The translations under genes and the position numbers were made by a program. 41,467 bases of DNA, taken from positions 1 through 41,467 of the forward strand of contig NW_021832364.1 in assembly GCF_006345805.1 (NCBI RefSeq). The letters run 5' to 3'. The DNA comes from Octopus sinensis. Its lineage: Eukaryota. Below the pieces are notes generated by a model. It ran no database searches and was not told the DNA's origin. It was given only the letters and a program-made list of their open reading frames with translations. This document shows, piece after piece, positions 12,267-25,149 of the stretch. Position 1 is the stretch's first letter. Each line of letters starts with the position of its first letter.

Positions 12267-12599
12267 CTGTGTGGGTATACATATATTCATATGTATATAT
12301 ATATATATATTATATATAAGTCAGCAAAAAATGGTGGGGTTGCGTTAACCGCACGTGGAGAAATGATAGGAGAGGAAAAAATAATAAGGCAGAAAGTAAA
12401 TTTAATAAAAATGGGGGGGGGGGGTGAAAAATTAAAGAAGAAAAAAGAAATCAAACCGGCTTATATGGCAATGCAAATTTTCATGATTTGGAAGAGGAAC
12501 AGAGTTTTCTTTAAATCGAGGAAAGGGAAAAAATATATTTACAATGTTTTTCAAAAAAATAGTAATACATATATACAAAAATTTATAAATATGTATACC

Positions 12600-13185
12600 A
12601 ATACATTGTAGTGTCTTAGGCCTTGGAAAAACATATTTAGAGGATTAGGATGCACGTGTTTAAGTGTAGTGTTTAGTTTGAAAACTTTCGGTGACTGTGT
12701 GTCAAATCAGGAAATGGGGTAAGAGTTACCCAGTTCCTGCGAGTAAGGGGAGATAATTCTGTGGATTTTATGCTCTTTAATTTGAATGATGGATTTTTTG
12801 TCTGATAGGATGCTAGAAAAAGGAATATGGTCACCGTGGAGTTTGCATATTAAGACACGTTTAGAATTTTTCAATAAATAATCCTTGTTGATTCTTTCTT
12901 GTGTAGAGATTCTGTCTTTACATTGGTAGAAAGGTAATATATGAAATTTGGGATTATTATCTCTAGCACAATAGTCTATGAGGCTACTGAGTGGAATTCG
13001 ACGGTATTGTGGGAGATTTATCTGTCATTTATGGACTGCTACTCTTCTGCGTAAAGGAAGGCTCGTTTGTCCGACATAATTGTGTTGGCAACCGGCGCAT
13101 GTGAGAACGTAGATAAGGTTCTCGGAGGAACAGGAGAAGTTGGTCTTGATACTAAGAAGTCCTTGATATAAGTTTGCAGATGTTT
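12600..13185 (-). mobile_element. Penelope-like element fragment (GIY-YIG endonuclease and 3' region)
   Basis: Minus strand translates TNFSCSSENLIYVLTCAGCQHNYVGQTSLPLRRRVAVHK*QINLPQYRRIPLSSLIDYC..PKFHILPFYQC, the Penelope GIY-YIG with its Cys-containing spacer. Confidence 0.85.
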
Positions 13186-14702
13186 ATTTCATTATTGCCC
13201 ACAGGAGGCTAAACATAGAGGAGACAAACAAGGACAGACACAAAAATTAAGTCCATTAGATCGACCCAATCTTTAACTGGTACTTATTTAATCGACTCTG
13301 GAACGATGAAAGGCAAAGTCGACCTTAGCGTAATTTGAACTCAGAACGTAGAGACATACGAAATACCGATTTCCATACTACCCACAAGGGGATAAACACA
13401 GAGAGAACAAACAAGGACAGACAAACGGATAAGTCGGTTAGATCGACCCCAGTGCGTAACTGGTACTTAATTTATCGACCCCGAAAGGATGAAAGGCAAA
13501 GTTGACCTCGGCGGAATTTGGAATCAGAACGTAACGGCAGCCGAAATACCGCTAAGCATTTCGCTCGACGTGCTAACAATTCTGCCAGCTCGCCGCCTAT
13601 AAATTTATATATTAGCCACAAAAATCCGCAATGTACTGAGCGCGCGGAAAGTAAAAAACAAATGTACTGAGGATGATGGACAAAATCGACCTCGGCGGAA
13701 TTTGAACTCAGATCGTAGCGGCAGACGAAATTCCTATTTCTTTACTACCCAAAAGGGGCTAAACACAGATAGGACAAACAAGGACAGACAAACGGATTGA
13801 GTCGATTATGTCGACCCCAGTGCGTAACTGGTACTTAATTTATCGACCCCGAAAGGATGAAAGGCAAAGTTGACCTCGGCGGAATTTGGAATCAGAACGT
13901 AACGGCAGCCGAAATACCGCTAAGCATTTCGCTCGACGTGCTAACAATTCTGCCAGCTCGCCGCCCTATAAATTTATATATATTAGCCACAAAAATCCGC
14001 AATGTACTGAGCGCGCGGAAAGTAAAACACAATGTACTGAGGATGATGGACAAAATCGACCTCGGCGGAATTTGAACTCAGATCGTAGCGGCAGACGAAA
14101 TTCCTATTTCTTTACTACCCAAAAGGGGCTAAACACAGATAGGACAAACAAGGACAGACAAACGGATTGAGTCGATTATGTCGACCCCAGTGCGTAACTG
14201 GTACTTAATTTATCGACCCCGAAAGGATGAAGGGCAAAGTTGACCTCGGCGGAATTTGGACTCAGAACGTAACGGTAGACGAAATACGGCTACGCATTTC
14301 GCTCGACGTGCTAACAATTCTGCCAGCTCGCCGCCCTATAAATTTATATATATTAGCCACAAAAATCCGCAATGTACTGAGCGCGCGGAAAGTAAAACAC
14401 AATGTACTGAGGATGATGGACAAAATCGACCTCGGCGGAATTTAAACTCAGATCGTAGCGGCAGACGAAATTCCTATTTCTTTACTACCCAAAAGGGGCT
14501 AAACATAGATAGGACAAACAAGGACAGACAAACGGATTGAGTCGATTATGTCGACCCCAGTGCGTAACTGGTACTTAATTTATCGACCCCGAAAGGATGA
14601 AGGGCAAAGTTGACCTCGGCGGAATTTGGACTCAGAACGTAACGGTAGACGAAATACGGCTACGCATTTCGCCCGGTGCGCTAACCTTTCTGCCAGCTCG
14701 CC
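13185..14702 (-). repeat. SINE concatemer plus ~3.6 copies of a 370-bp tandem unit (SINE dimer plus ~100-bp spacer)
   Basis: CCAGCT head marks at 13585, 13953, 14323 and 14693 (spacing 368/370/370). The spacer ...AGCCACAAAAATCCGCAATGTACTGAGCGCGCGG... occurs three times. Duplicated ORFs at 13857/14227 and 13886/14256/14626. Confidence 0.92.
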
Positions 14703-16214
14703 GGCTTGTATCGATAACATAATTGTTGGCAACATGAAATATAATTTCTGGTTTACACTAGGAAGTACTATTGTGATGTTCATTAAGAACTTGTCGTTGG
14801 GTTTTATAAATTTCTGTTTCGGTATTAATAAGTTTCTTCGTAATTTTAATATTTTGAAATATTTCCTTCATATGAAAAATGCTCGGATCTATACAACTCA
14901 GATAGAACGTCGTGGAGGGTATGTTTCAACTCTCTCCGTTGTGAGTTCAAATTCTGCTGGAAGCCAAATGGCCAAAAGCAATTTTTTAGAGGTCAGTAAA
15001 ATTTTTAGAGCTCACGTTCCAAACATTATTCTTCTCTCAGTCCTTTATTCCTCTCCCTAGTTTCCCTTCATTGCTTCTCTTGCAGAATTGCACCGTGAGG
15101 AACGTTATAAAAGACCGCTAACTATATGGCTTGTCTTCAAAATAAAGAAGAGATTGATGTAATACCAGCATTAACTTCCCTTACAAAATATAATGATAAT
15201 AGATCAATCTCACAAGGGCTGCAAGATATGGCACACGACACTAAATAGAAATGAGCATAAGAACAAGACTAACAATTGCATAGTTGTGGGACGAAAACAA
15301 TAATATTGTACAAGAAAAAAACACTAAAAAGAAAACTTTCTTATATATTTCCAATCTCAAGAAGGCGAACGGTGAACACGTCCGTAATTTTCTGAAGATC
15401 GATGTGATTTCCAATATGAAGTTTTCTGAATCCAACTGATGTATTGATCATGCAAACACGATAGTCTTTCGCCGGTTGACCAAGAGTCACAAACAGAAAA
15501 TAAATCTTGTGATACCACCAGCGGAAAGCTAAAACTTAAAGGTACAACAGAAGGAAATGCCTTTATTTTCTAGCGACCTTTCTTTCATAGCATCATTAGA
15601 TTTCATTGTTTAATAGAATCTTTTTCATTTTTGTTCAGCTCTTTGTTATGATGCTTTGCACTATTTTCGTTTACCTGTTATTATATATGTGATACTTATT
15701 TCCATTCTTATTTAGATATTCATCCAATACTACATGTGTGGTCAGCGTCTTAGCATTAAATTGGTTTCTGTAAGGGAAATGATTGCTGGCATCAAGGTGA
15801 ATTATTTTACATTTCAGACGGAAAACCACGATATGAGGAATCACATGGCGTTCCTCAAAAAGAAATACCCTGAGTGAGAGTTGGGGAGAGTGAGAGAGAG
15901 AGAAAGAGAGAGTAAGAGAAAAAAAAAGGGAGAACGGGAGAGAGAGAGAGAGAGAGAGAGAGAGACAAAAAGAAAGAAAGAGAAAGGGAGTGAGACAGAA
16001 GGAAAAGAATAGATCATAGGGTATCTAACCATATAAATTCTAAATTCTTTTCTTTGTTAAATATTCATGGTTAACAGGAAAACTGGTAGAGGGCCTTAAA
16101 CGCATGTCAATATGCTGGCCACTGTTGAAATTGTTCTTAAAAAGGTTTTATTCTTATACTAGAAGTATATATGTATACATACATACATATATGTATTTCC
16201 TTCCGGTCTTTCAA

Positions 16215-16417
16215 AATGTGACCGCGTGTGTAGCGTTGGCGATTATTTTCCTCTGTCTTCCCTTCTCTAGATCTTTCCTTCTCCTATGTTTCCGACGAAG
16301 AGCTCCGCTCGAAACGTTAAACCCTCCTTCTTCCCTTCTTTCCTGAGCGTCCAATAATACTATATTTGTTCCACGCCCTCGCGTTGTTGTGTTTTTTTTG
16401 TGCTTTCTTGTTTGGAT

Positions 16418-16420
<3 letters not shown>
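16215..16420 (+). mobile_element. Probable Penelope-like terminal (pseudo-LTR) repeat fragment
   Basis: Pyrimidine-rich tract with CCGACGAAGAGCTCCGCTCGAAACG, a hammerhead-core-like motif typical of Penelope termini, ending in (TA)n. Family assignment is from recognition only. Confidence 0.5.
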
Positions 16421-16507
<87 letters not shown>

Positions 16508-16984
16508 TATTGTGAGTGTGTGTGTGTGTGTGTGCCTGTATGTGTATGGGTTTGTGTGTGTGGGTGTGAATGTGTACGTACAATATGAATGTATGGAAGG
16601 TGGATATTTACTAACGATTTCTTTCGCAAGCGCATATCATTACGAACATTAAAAAAGTATATCAGAGATCATTAAATTTTAATTGAGCTCCTTAGAGAGA
16701 CACCTTCTTTAAACACTAGGCATTCGTTACATTTGTCTTGTTAAATTTATGTATGTATGCATGTGGGTGTGTATGTCATTTTTCAATTTTATTTCAAGAA
16801 TTCTTGCCAATAGAGAAAGAACCGGTTTCTAACCTAGAACCAAGTCTCCTTCATTGGAATGTCAACATTAACAACAGGGTAGTTTTGTATGCTTGTATGT
16901 ATACGTGCATAATTGTATGTTTTGTTTTAGCATGTATTCTCATGCATATAGTTGTATATCAAGACATACTCATATATATTTAAA

Positions 16985-18200
16985 TTATAAACAGTATGTA
17001 AATGTGGTACTTCTATTTGCTTGTGGACCAGTGAGACATCTTTCAGACTTCAGGAGCATGAATGACAAGGAGTTTACAGAGAGTATAAAGAATATGACAG
17101 ACATGCTGTCCCCTTCGGATATGCTTTTTTGATACTGTATTCTATCAGTGTTAATGCAGTCACTCATTGTGCTTAATTACAAGATGGTGGTCCATGATGA
17201 AGTCAAGTCAGTGATGTCTTTGACTATTCTCATTGGAACATTAGCAAGTTGAAGGGCTTATATCATCGATGAGTGGGGAACAGAGTCAAAGGCTTTCTTT
17301 TAGTCTAGTCACATTGAAACTCGGTTCCTCCTATGCCCTCACACCTCTGACAACAAAGTTTTCTTGATTAACAATTGCTTAGCACATCCTCAGACTCTCT
17401 TCCCAGCTGATTCTGTTGTGGCAATGCTATTGGATCTACAATGGTCCTGGATGAAGAAATTTATGCATGCTGTATATACCTTATATATTAAATTGTTGGC
17501 ATGCAGATGTCCGGTAGTATTTTGCCGTGTCGGTGGTTCAGCATTTGGGGTTCAATTTTGTCTCCGTCAAAGCTAACCAGTGTGTTATGCGACTGTCCCT
17601 ATTGAGAGCTTGCTGGTACAGATTGATGAAATATGGTCGGCCTAAGGTTAGCTTCTTGTACTAATATCTAACAATGAAGTCCCTTCCAGGTGTTTTGCCC
17701 TCTCGGAGTTTCTGGAGCGCAGTTGCAAGTGTTTCACCATCAATGTGTAACGCAGTAGCAATAATGTCTTCGGATTTCTTCCAGCCACAGAGCATCTTGA
17801 TTAAATTTCTTCCCTTCACTCCAGATTTTCCTCCATCAGGTGTCTATGTCTTCTCGTAAAGGAGCTTTCGTGATGTTTACTACTCCTCCACTTATGTCTC
17901 TGTATACTGCTGCCTGATTCCGGTTAATGTTTTGTTTATTGTTCTTCTATCGGTTATTCTCTTCTGATATCGGAGTTTTTCACTTACAACTTTTAGCTGT
18001 CATTCATGTACTGTTTTGCAGTTGTAGCCAGTGCGTATAAACTGACGTTAATCTGCCAAGATGTGGGTTCATCACACTGCTGTAAGTACTCACCACCAAT
18101 TTTATTAACAGCTCTTAATACCGTATCTGGTGAGTATATTTTTACTTATTTGGTTAGAAGATACTCTGTCCTCGAGAGAGTCCTTGAAAGCCAAAGTTAT
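16985..18200 (-). mobile_element. Decayed R4/Dong-clade non-LTR retrotransposon, reverse transcriptase region
   Basis: Minus strand: QLKVVSEKLRYQKRI..W.KIWSEGKKFNQDALWLEEI, GCAKQLLIKKTLLSEV..HRRN..M*LD*KKAFDSVPHS, ISEGDSMSVIFFILSVNSLS. These correspond to GCKEQLLI, WLDYKKAFDSVPH and QGDSLS, with many stops. Confidence 0.9.
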
Positions 18201-19354
18201 TTCTCTCGGAAATTTTCAGTAGGCACATATTTCACCGGTAATTAATCCTGACAACCACTACAACAATAATCGTTGCGGTTGTGCCTGCTATTTACCATAG
18301 TCGTAATAAGGGGACAGTGATCAGTTACTTGAGCCAGTAATGTAGTGTGGCTGGCAGGCACTATGGAATCTGTTCGAATGTTGCTAGCTGCGAAACCACG
18401 TAGCGGTCTTACATCGTTCACGCTTCCGTTTTTGTTTATAGAGTTTGGAGAAGGTTAATTTTCGATTTTTAAATAAAGCTATAATTAGTAACCGTTCTCG
18501 TATATTCTACAAATGTTGTTTGTTGGCGTAGTTGCTTCGCAGTAAAATGATTTAATTCTGGATGCATATCATCCCATTCGATTCATATAGCCAACAGCGG
18601 GGTTTTCTCTCTGTTCTTGTAGCAATTAAATAGATCAGTGTTCAATTCATAACTCCAAAATAAATGAGGTTTGTAATTACGGCTAGAAAGAACTTGTTTA
18701 CCTGTTGAGCTGTTTTCTTGGTTTGCTCGTCGGTTGTGTTGTTATTGAAGCTGTGTACTGCCATGTTGTTTGTTGTAACTGTCTGTATGCTAAATTCAAA
18801 TTTCAATCGAAAATCCCTACGATCGACAATAAAAGACTCCCTCGGTTAATTCATCTAAACATCAACCAGTTATTTAATAGGGCTGATAGTTGTGGCTCCA
18901 CAGTTGGAGATAACATTCATCGTTATCGAAAATACGATGAATTTTCTATAGTCTCTGAGCTATCTTGCCGCTGTCTGTCTATCTGTCTGTTTGTCTGTAT
19001 GTATGTATGTTTGTATGTAAATATGCATGTATATGTGTATGTATGTACGTACGTATGTGTGTGGTACTATTTGTTAACATAAATCTCTGAGTGATCAGAA
19101 AAAGGGAAAAAAGACATTGTTTCGTTTAGCGAGTCACTTAATTCGTGTTGGTCGACTCTGCTTAGCTGAAAATATTTATATAAGACAGCATTCGATGGAA
19201 ACGTTCCTTGGGTCATAGGTGACTTATTCTACCCTCATTCATTCAAATGTTTTTGGCAAGTGAGACAAGGTCAAGCTTAATTAGTCTCTAAATATCAAAT
19301 ATGTCCATATGTATCTGTATACTTAAAGATAGATTATCTTTGAATTTATTGATT

Positions 19355-19395
<41 letters not shown>

Positions 19396-19464
19396 ACCAT
19401 CCCACTTTCTATATTATGTTTGCAGACATATTTTTACATTTTTATGTACGCACACACACATACA

Positions 19465-19505
<41 letters not shown>

Positions 19506-19957
19506 GCAATGTAATATATGTGTGTACGTATGTATTGTATGATACACACACAGACAAACAGACACTTCATTGGCATTATTCAATATCTGAACATATTCAA
19601 ATACATACATATCTTAAATATTGAATATCGAACACTGTCACTGATATACATTGAAATTAGCATAGATTTATTTCTGGACAAACCAGACGCTATATCAATG
19701 TCTTGGCAGAATGCATTTATCTAAATGGGAATATCTGAATGTAAGTACGTATATATGTATATATATATATATATAATATATATATATATATATTATTATA
19801 GTATATGTATGTATGTATGTATGTATGTATATACACACACACCCACACACTACATATATATATATATGTACATATAAGTATATATGTATGAGTGTGCATT
19901 CATACATGTATGTGTCCTATATATTACATATTCATATATATGTATATATATTATATC

Positions 19958-20003
<46 letters not shown>

Positions 20004-20229
20004 GTATACACACACACAGAACATAAACACATACACACACACACGCCCACACACACGCGCACACACACACACGCGCGCGCACACATATATGGAGTTTAGT
20101 AGTCTCATTGTCTGATGTGTGCCGTATTTATACATATCTATCTGAACTGCTCATAAAGAAATATCCATACAAAAGCTGCCTCCTGCTGTTTCGGAGAAAG
20201 CGGCTGATGACATCAACACCGATGACGAT

Positions 20230-20231
20230 AC

Positions 20232-20273
<42 letters not shown>

Positions 20274-20312
20274 GACGACGACGATGTTGATGATGATGAT
20301 GATGATGATGGG

Positions 20313-20347
<35 letters not shown>

Positions 20348-20354
20348 GTGATGG

Positions 20355-20387
<33 letters not shown>

Positions 20388-20402
20388 CGACGACGACGAT
20401 GT

Positions 20403-20433
<31 letters not shown>

Positions 20434-20455
20434 GAAGACAATGATGATGATGTTG
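20230..20455. repeat. (GAT)n microsatellite
   Basis: Direct inspection; source of poly-Met/Asp/Ser ORFs. Confidence 0.95.
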
Positions 20456-20948
20456 GTAATTATCAGCGTCATAAATTTCGACAAATACGATGATTTGCCT
20501 GCTTGATCAATATTCTAATGAACAGTATACTTTGGAAAAATAACGCATATATATACTAATAGCATAATGAATGGCTTGTTAGAACGATAGGAAAGAAATG
20601 GGATGCAGAGATATTGTGGAAAAAAAAAGAGAGAAGAAAAACGATCGTGTGAAAAACTGAATGTAATGAGGAGGAGGAGGGGGTGGTATTGGATCCAGAT
20701 GGTAAGTGTGTGTACAAGATATCGAAAGTGTTTGAAAGTGTGCGAAAAATGAAGAATGGTAAAATTGAAATTCTTAGAATATAAATAATTTCAATGAAAT
20801 TTGTGATTGTGAAAGATCGACGTTTTATAGTTATTAAGCGTGTATTTGGCGAACAATATTCACACACATATGAATTTATGTGTGGATCTAAAATGTATTC
20901 GAAACACACGCACGCGCACACGTGCACACGAATACATACATTGTACAT

Positions 20949-21039
<91 letters not shown>

Positions 21040-21060
21040 TATATATGTATATATATATAT

Positions 21061-21115
<55 letters not shown>

Positions 21116-21319
21116 GTTTATATATGTATATATATATATATATATTATAATATATATGTGTGGTGTGTGTGTGCGTGTGTGGTGTATACATATTCCTTGG
21201 TTTATGGCAATCAATAAAAATAAAATATTGGGAATGTATATAAAATGATGTGATGAAACACTCACAATCAAACGAAACTACATAAGAACAAAACGTATTG
21301 TGATATCTATCTATCTCTT

Positions 21320-21356
<37 letters not shown>

Positions 21357-21525
21357 CTCTATGGTGCGCATAAACCTGCATGCATGAATATTCACATAGA
21401 TATGAATTTAAATGTGGATATAAAAATATTCGAACACATACACACACACACACAACACACGTACACACGCATACACACATGCACACACATACTCACACAC
21501 CACATATACACACTGAAGCACATTA

Positions 21526-21741
21526 TACAAGAGGTAGCTGGAACGTTCCTAGTTAAAAGAAAATAAAACCGGATTGTTAATTATGATTTTATTCCACATA
21601 TTCCCCTTTTAGATACACACGCTTATTGCAGTGGTCTTTCAGTTTCCTAATCCCTGTAAGAGAACTCGGGATGTTGGGCCTCCAACCAAGCTTTTCACGA
21701 TACCCTTAAAGCCAGGAATTTCTCAGTAGCGACCCCGCGTA
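21526..21741 (-). mobile_element. Mariner-derived MITE retaining the transposase C-terminus
   Basis: Imperfect TIRs TACAAGAGGTAGCTGGAACGTTCCTAG and AGGAATTTTCTCAGTAGCGACCCCGCGTA with TA ends. Minus strand encodes AWLEAQHPEF..TGIRKLKDHCNKRVYLKGEYVE*, a mariner-type C-terminus. Confidence 0.8.
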
Positions 21742-22722
21742 GATACAAATATGTGTATATTCACATTGGCAAGCAGCTGGGTGAGAGTTTGTCCGACTCT
21801 TGAACCAAGTTACTCTTCGGGGAAGACAGAATTTTCGGAGCATTTTCTAAAGGGAAAATACAAGTGACAATATATGAGGCAAGAATTGACAGAAATTTGT
21901 GACATTGTGTGTCATAAATGCAAGAGATGAATAATAAGGGAGGAGGAGAGGGACAAAGTTAATAAAGATGCAGTAACAGGGCAGTGGGTAGAAAAAAAAA
22001 CGAGAAAAAATGAAGGGAAGGAAAGAATATTGATACAAAATTAGATCCCTTGTATTTCTGCATGTCTGATGAATAACACTGCGTCTATTTTAAGGAAATT
22101 TTAACATTTCGTGAAATTAAGTGATTTAGTAAAATATCTTTGTTGGAACATATTCTTAAAAGAAATATATTCCTTTTGACTTACTCTAAAACGAGAATAT
22201 ATATTTAGTAGATCTCAGAGCTATTTGAGATAAAACTCTTCGGAATGACCTTATACATGCGTTTGGTGTAAGCTCTCTGTCACTTGGTGTCTGTTTCCTG
22301 CATCCGTTTTTGGTCAGGATGTGTTCCTATATCCACAAAATTCTCTTTCTAATTTTTCTCTTTATATTCCAACATCTTACATACCTGTAACTCGTCTCCT
22401 TTACTTCCAACGAATATTCGGCATCCAAACTGCAGCAAGGCATACCTGCGTCTCTGTGTATGTGTGCAAAAACCAGCAGATGTTTCCAAATGTACACACA
22501 GACACAGAAACAACATGATGCATACTCATACACATACAAGCGCGCACGCACAAAACAAAATGCGCACGCTCATTTATACACACATACACACGTACGCACA
22601 CGCGCACACACAAATATGTGTGTGTATATATATATATATTATTATTATATATATAAATATATATATATATAATATATATATATTTATATATATATATGCA
22701 AGAAGTAAATAGAGGAAGAATT

Positions 22723-22870
22723 ACAGGAAGAAGTTAGTCGCTTGCGCTAGTAAGCAATTTATTTAATTAATAATAGAGAGCTGTGGTAGTAATGAACTAT
22801 TACAACCACTGCTCTTTATTAATTAATTAAATTAATGGATTACTAGCGCAAACGACTAACTTCTTCCTGT
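22723..22870. repeat. 148-bp near-perfect inverted repeat (hairpin)
   Basis: Outer arms ACAGGAAGAAGTTAGTCGCTTGCGCTAGTAA and TTACTAGCGCAAACGACTAACTTCTTCCTGT (30/31 complementary). Inner arms AGAGCTGTGGTAGTAAT and ATTACAACCACTGCTCT (15/17). Loop GAACT. Confidence 0.93.
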
Positions 22871-23231
22871 TGTTTTTCCTGCAGTTCCTTCTTGCATATA
22901 ATTTCAATTACGATTTGCCCGTTGAATGACCTGCTACCGTATACCTTTACCAAGGAGTGTACCTACGCACGTAATCATCAGGATTTTAACTGTCCCTCAG
23001 AGGTTTTACACGGACTGAAAATATTGAGAAATACTGAGAAAATATTGACAAAAAATCCTTATATTTCGCCATTGTTATTAGCACTTTCGTTCCTCTAACG
23101 AAAGCAGTATTAATAATGAAAAAATAAAAGGATTTTTTTTCAAAATTCTGACGACATTCTTTTCTCAATATTCAATCCTGTACATCACACCTAGCATTCT
23201 ATACATACATACATACATATATATATATATA

Positions 23232-23268
<37 letters not shown>

Positions 23269-23738
23269 TTACTTACACATATGATTATATAGTAGACCAT
23301 ATCGAAATTTAAATTACATTTTTCCTAGCCAAATTAAAGTACTTCACTCGTAACTGAACCACTGCATAAGGCATTCTGAAGAAGAAAGAAAAAATTCCCT
23401 GTTTCGCTGCAGGATACATACCATCTGCCATGAAAAGGAATTTTCTGGCGGTCACCTTCGTAGTATTTTTACCATTCCTAACTATTCATCCTCCAAACAA
23501 CATGAAATACGAAAATAAAAGCAAAATATTGACCAAAACCACACCTTTTATTTTATATAAATATTGCTATGCAACCTTACAGTAAAACTATACAAACAAA
23601 TATACGTCTGGACATATAAACGTATTACCTCCATTAACTGAGCAAAGAAATGGATATGAATAGATTCAGTCGAAGAACATCGCACCCTTTCCCAAAAAAA
23701 CATGACCAATATTTAAAACTGAATTCTACACTGGTCCC

Positions 23739-23780
<42 letters not shown>

Positions 23781-23847
23781 ATGTGAATGTGTGTCAGTGT
23801 GCGTGCGTGTGCGTATACATACATACATACATACATACATACATACA

Positions 23848-24482
23848 TTATGGCTGCCACTTCATTATCGAGTATGGCCGTTGCACGAAGCTTAAATGTT
23901 ACTGGTGCTGTGATTGAATGTGACTTTTTAGCCCAGCCAAAGATCTACAATGTCTTGTACAAAATTGGCAACTTTACTGGTAATAGCCGGCTGTAGTTGT
24001 AACTGGGCTTCATGTAACATTGCATGTCGTTTAAGTCGTCCTGCCGAATTACACTCTCTTCCACATGCCCGACAGAAATGATTAGTATGGTGTGTTACAC
24101 CACCACCAGTGGCCAGGTTGTCACTCATCTGTCTCGTTTTATGACTACGAAGATGACTCTTGAGTCCAGCTTTACTGAGACAGGGTCTTGCACAGACACT
24201 GCATGTCAGCATCATAGGAAGACCCTTCTCATCTGGAAGCGTAACAGCGATGCCCTTCCTGACATCCCTCTTTACTTTCTCATGTGCAACTCGACATTTC
24301 TCAAAAGTGGCTGTCCCCTCATGCACAGTCCTTCTCCACCTGCTACGATCAATAGCTATGCCTTCCCAATTGTCAGGAGAGATGCAAGCATCTCTAAGGA
24401 AGCCTTCAGCAAGTCCTTATACCTCTTTTTTGGTTTATGTGGAGGTCGTTCTCCTTTGACTAACTCCCCATAAAAAAGTTGT
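23848..24482 (-). mobile_element. RTE-clade LINE 3' fragment with three C2H2 zinc fingers
   Basis: GELVKGERPPHKPKKRYKDLLKAS..ISPDNWEGIAIDRSRWRRTVHEG (RTE C-terminal signature), then CSVCARPCLSKAGLKSHLRSH, CRACGRECNSAGRLKRHAMLH and, after a frameshift, CQFCTRHCRSLAGLKSHIQSQH*. Stop at 23899-23901; short 3' UTR into (ATGT)n. Confidence 0.88.
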
Positions 24483-24504
24483 TTTGGCATCCTTGAATCC
24501 TTCA

Positions 24505-24765
24505 TTCATACATACATACATACATGCATACATACATACATACATACATACATACATACATACATACATACACACATACATACATACATGCATACATACA
24601 TACATACATGCATACATACATACATACATGCATACATACATGCATACATGCATACATACATACATACATGCATACATACATGCATACATGCATACATACA
24701 TACATACATGCATACATACATACATACATGCATATATACAGGCATACATGCATACGTGCATGCAT
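24505..24765. repeat. Compound (TACA)n/(TGCA) tetranucleotide repeat
   Basis: Direct inspection; source of the MYVC/HTYI ORFs. Confidence 0.95.
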
Positions 24766-25149
24766 TTGCTTCAGAAGACTATTAAGCTGATTCAGATCTC
24801 AATATACGTATGCTTCAAAACGCTTCGTTAGTCAAGTACAGAGCGACAATAAGAAAATTGAAAGGACAAAGAAATAAACAATTATGAAATGACTTCCTTA
24901 GATTACAGCTGTTCCGTAGTTATCAAATGAGATAGCTATCAACCTCTTAGGTGATACTCGGACACTCGACTATAATTCAGCCGCATCTATGGCAGAGGCT
25001 GCTGTATGCTAATGAAGCTCACCATATAATATGTTATTCATTTTTCATCTCAAATATTCTTATATATATATATATATTATATTATATACACACACACCAC
25101 AGGACACACAATACATATATATATAATATATATATTATATACATATAAT

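Noticed and set aside
13857-14540. Duplicated 72-aa and 94-aa ORFs resembling a tandem gene pair, and the repeat-spacer look of a CRISPR array
   Set aside because: The ORFs read through antisense SINE sequence. The spacers are identical and the repeats are ~270 bp, which is not CRISPR architecture.
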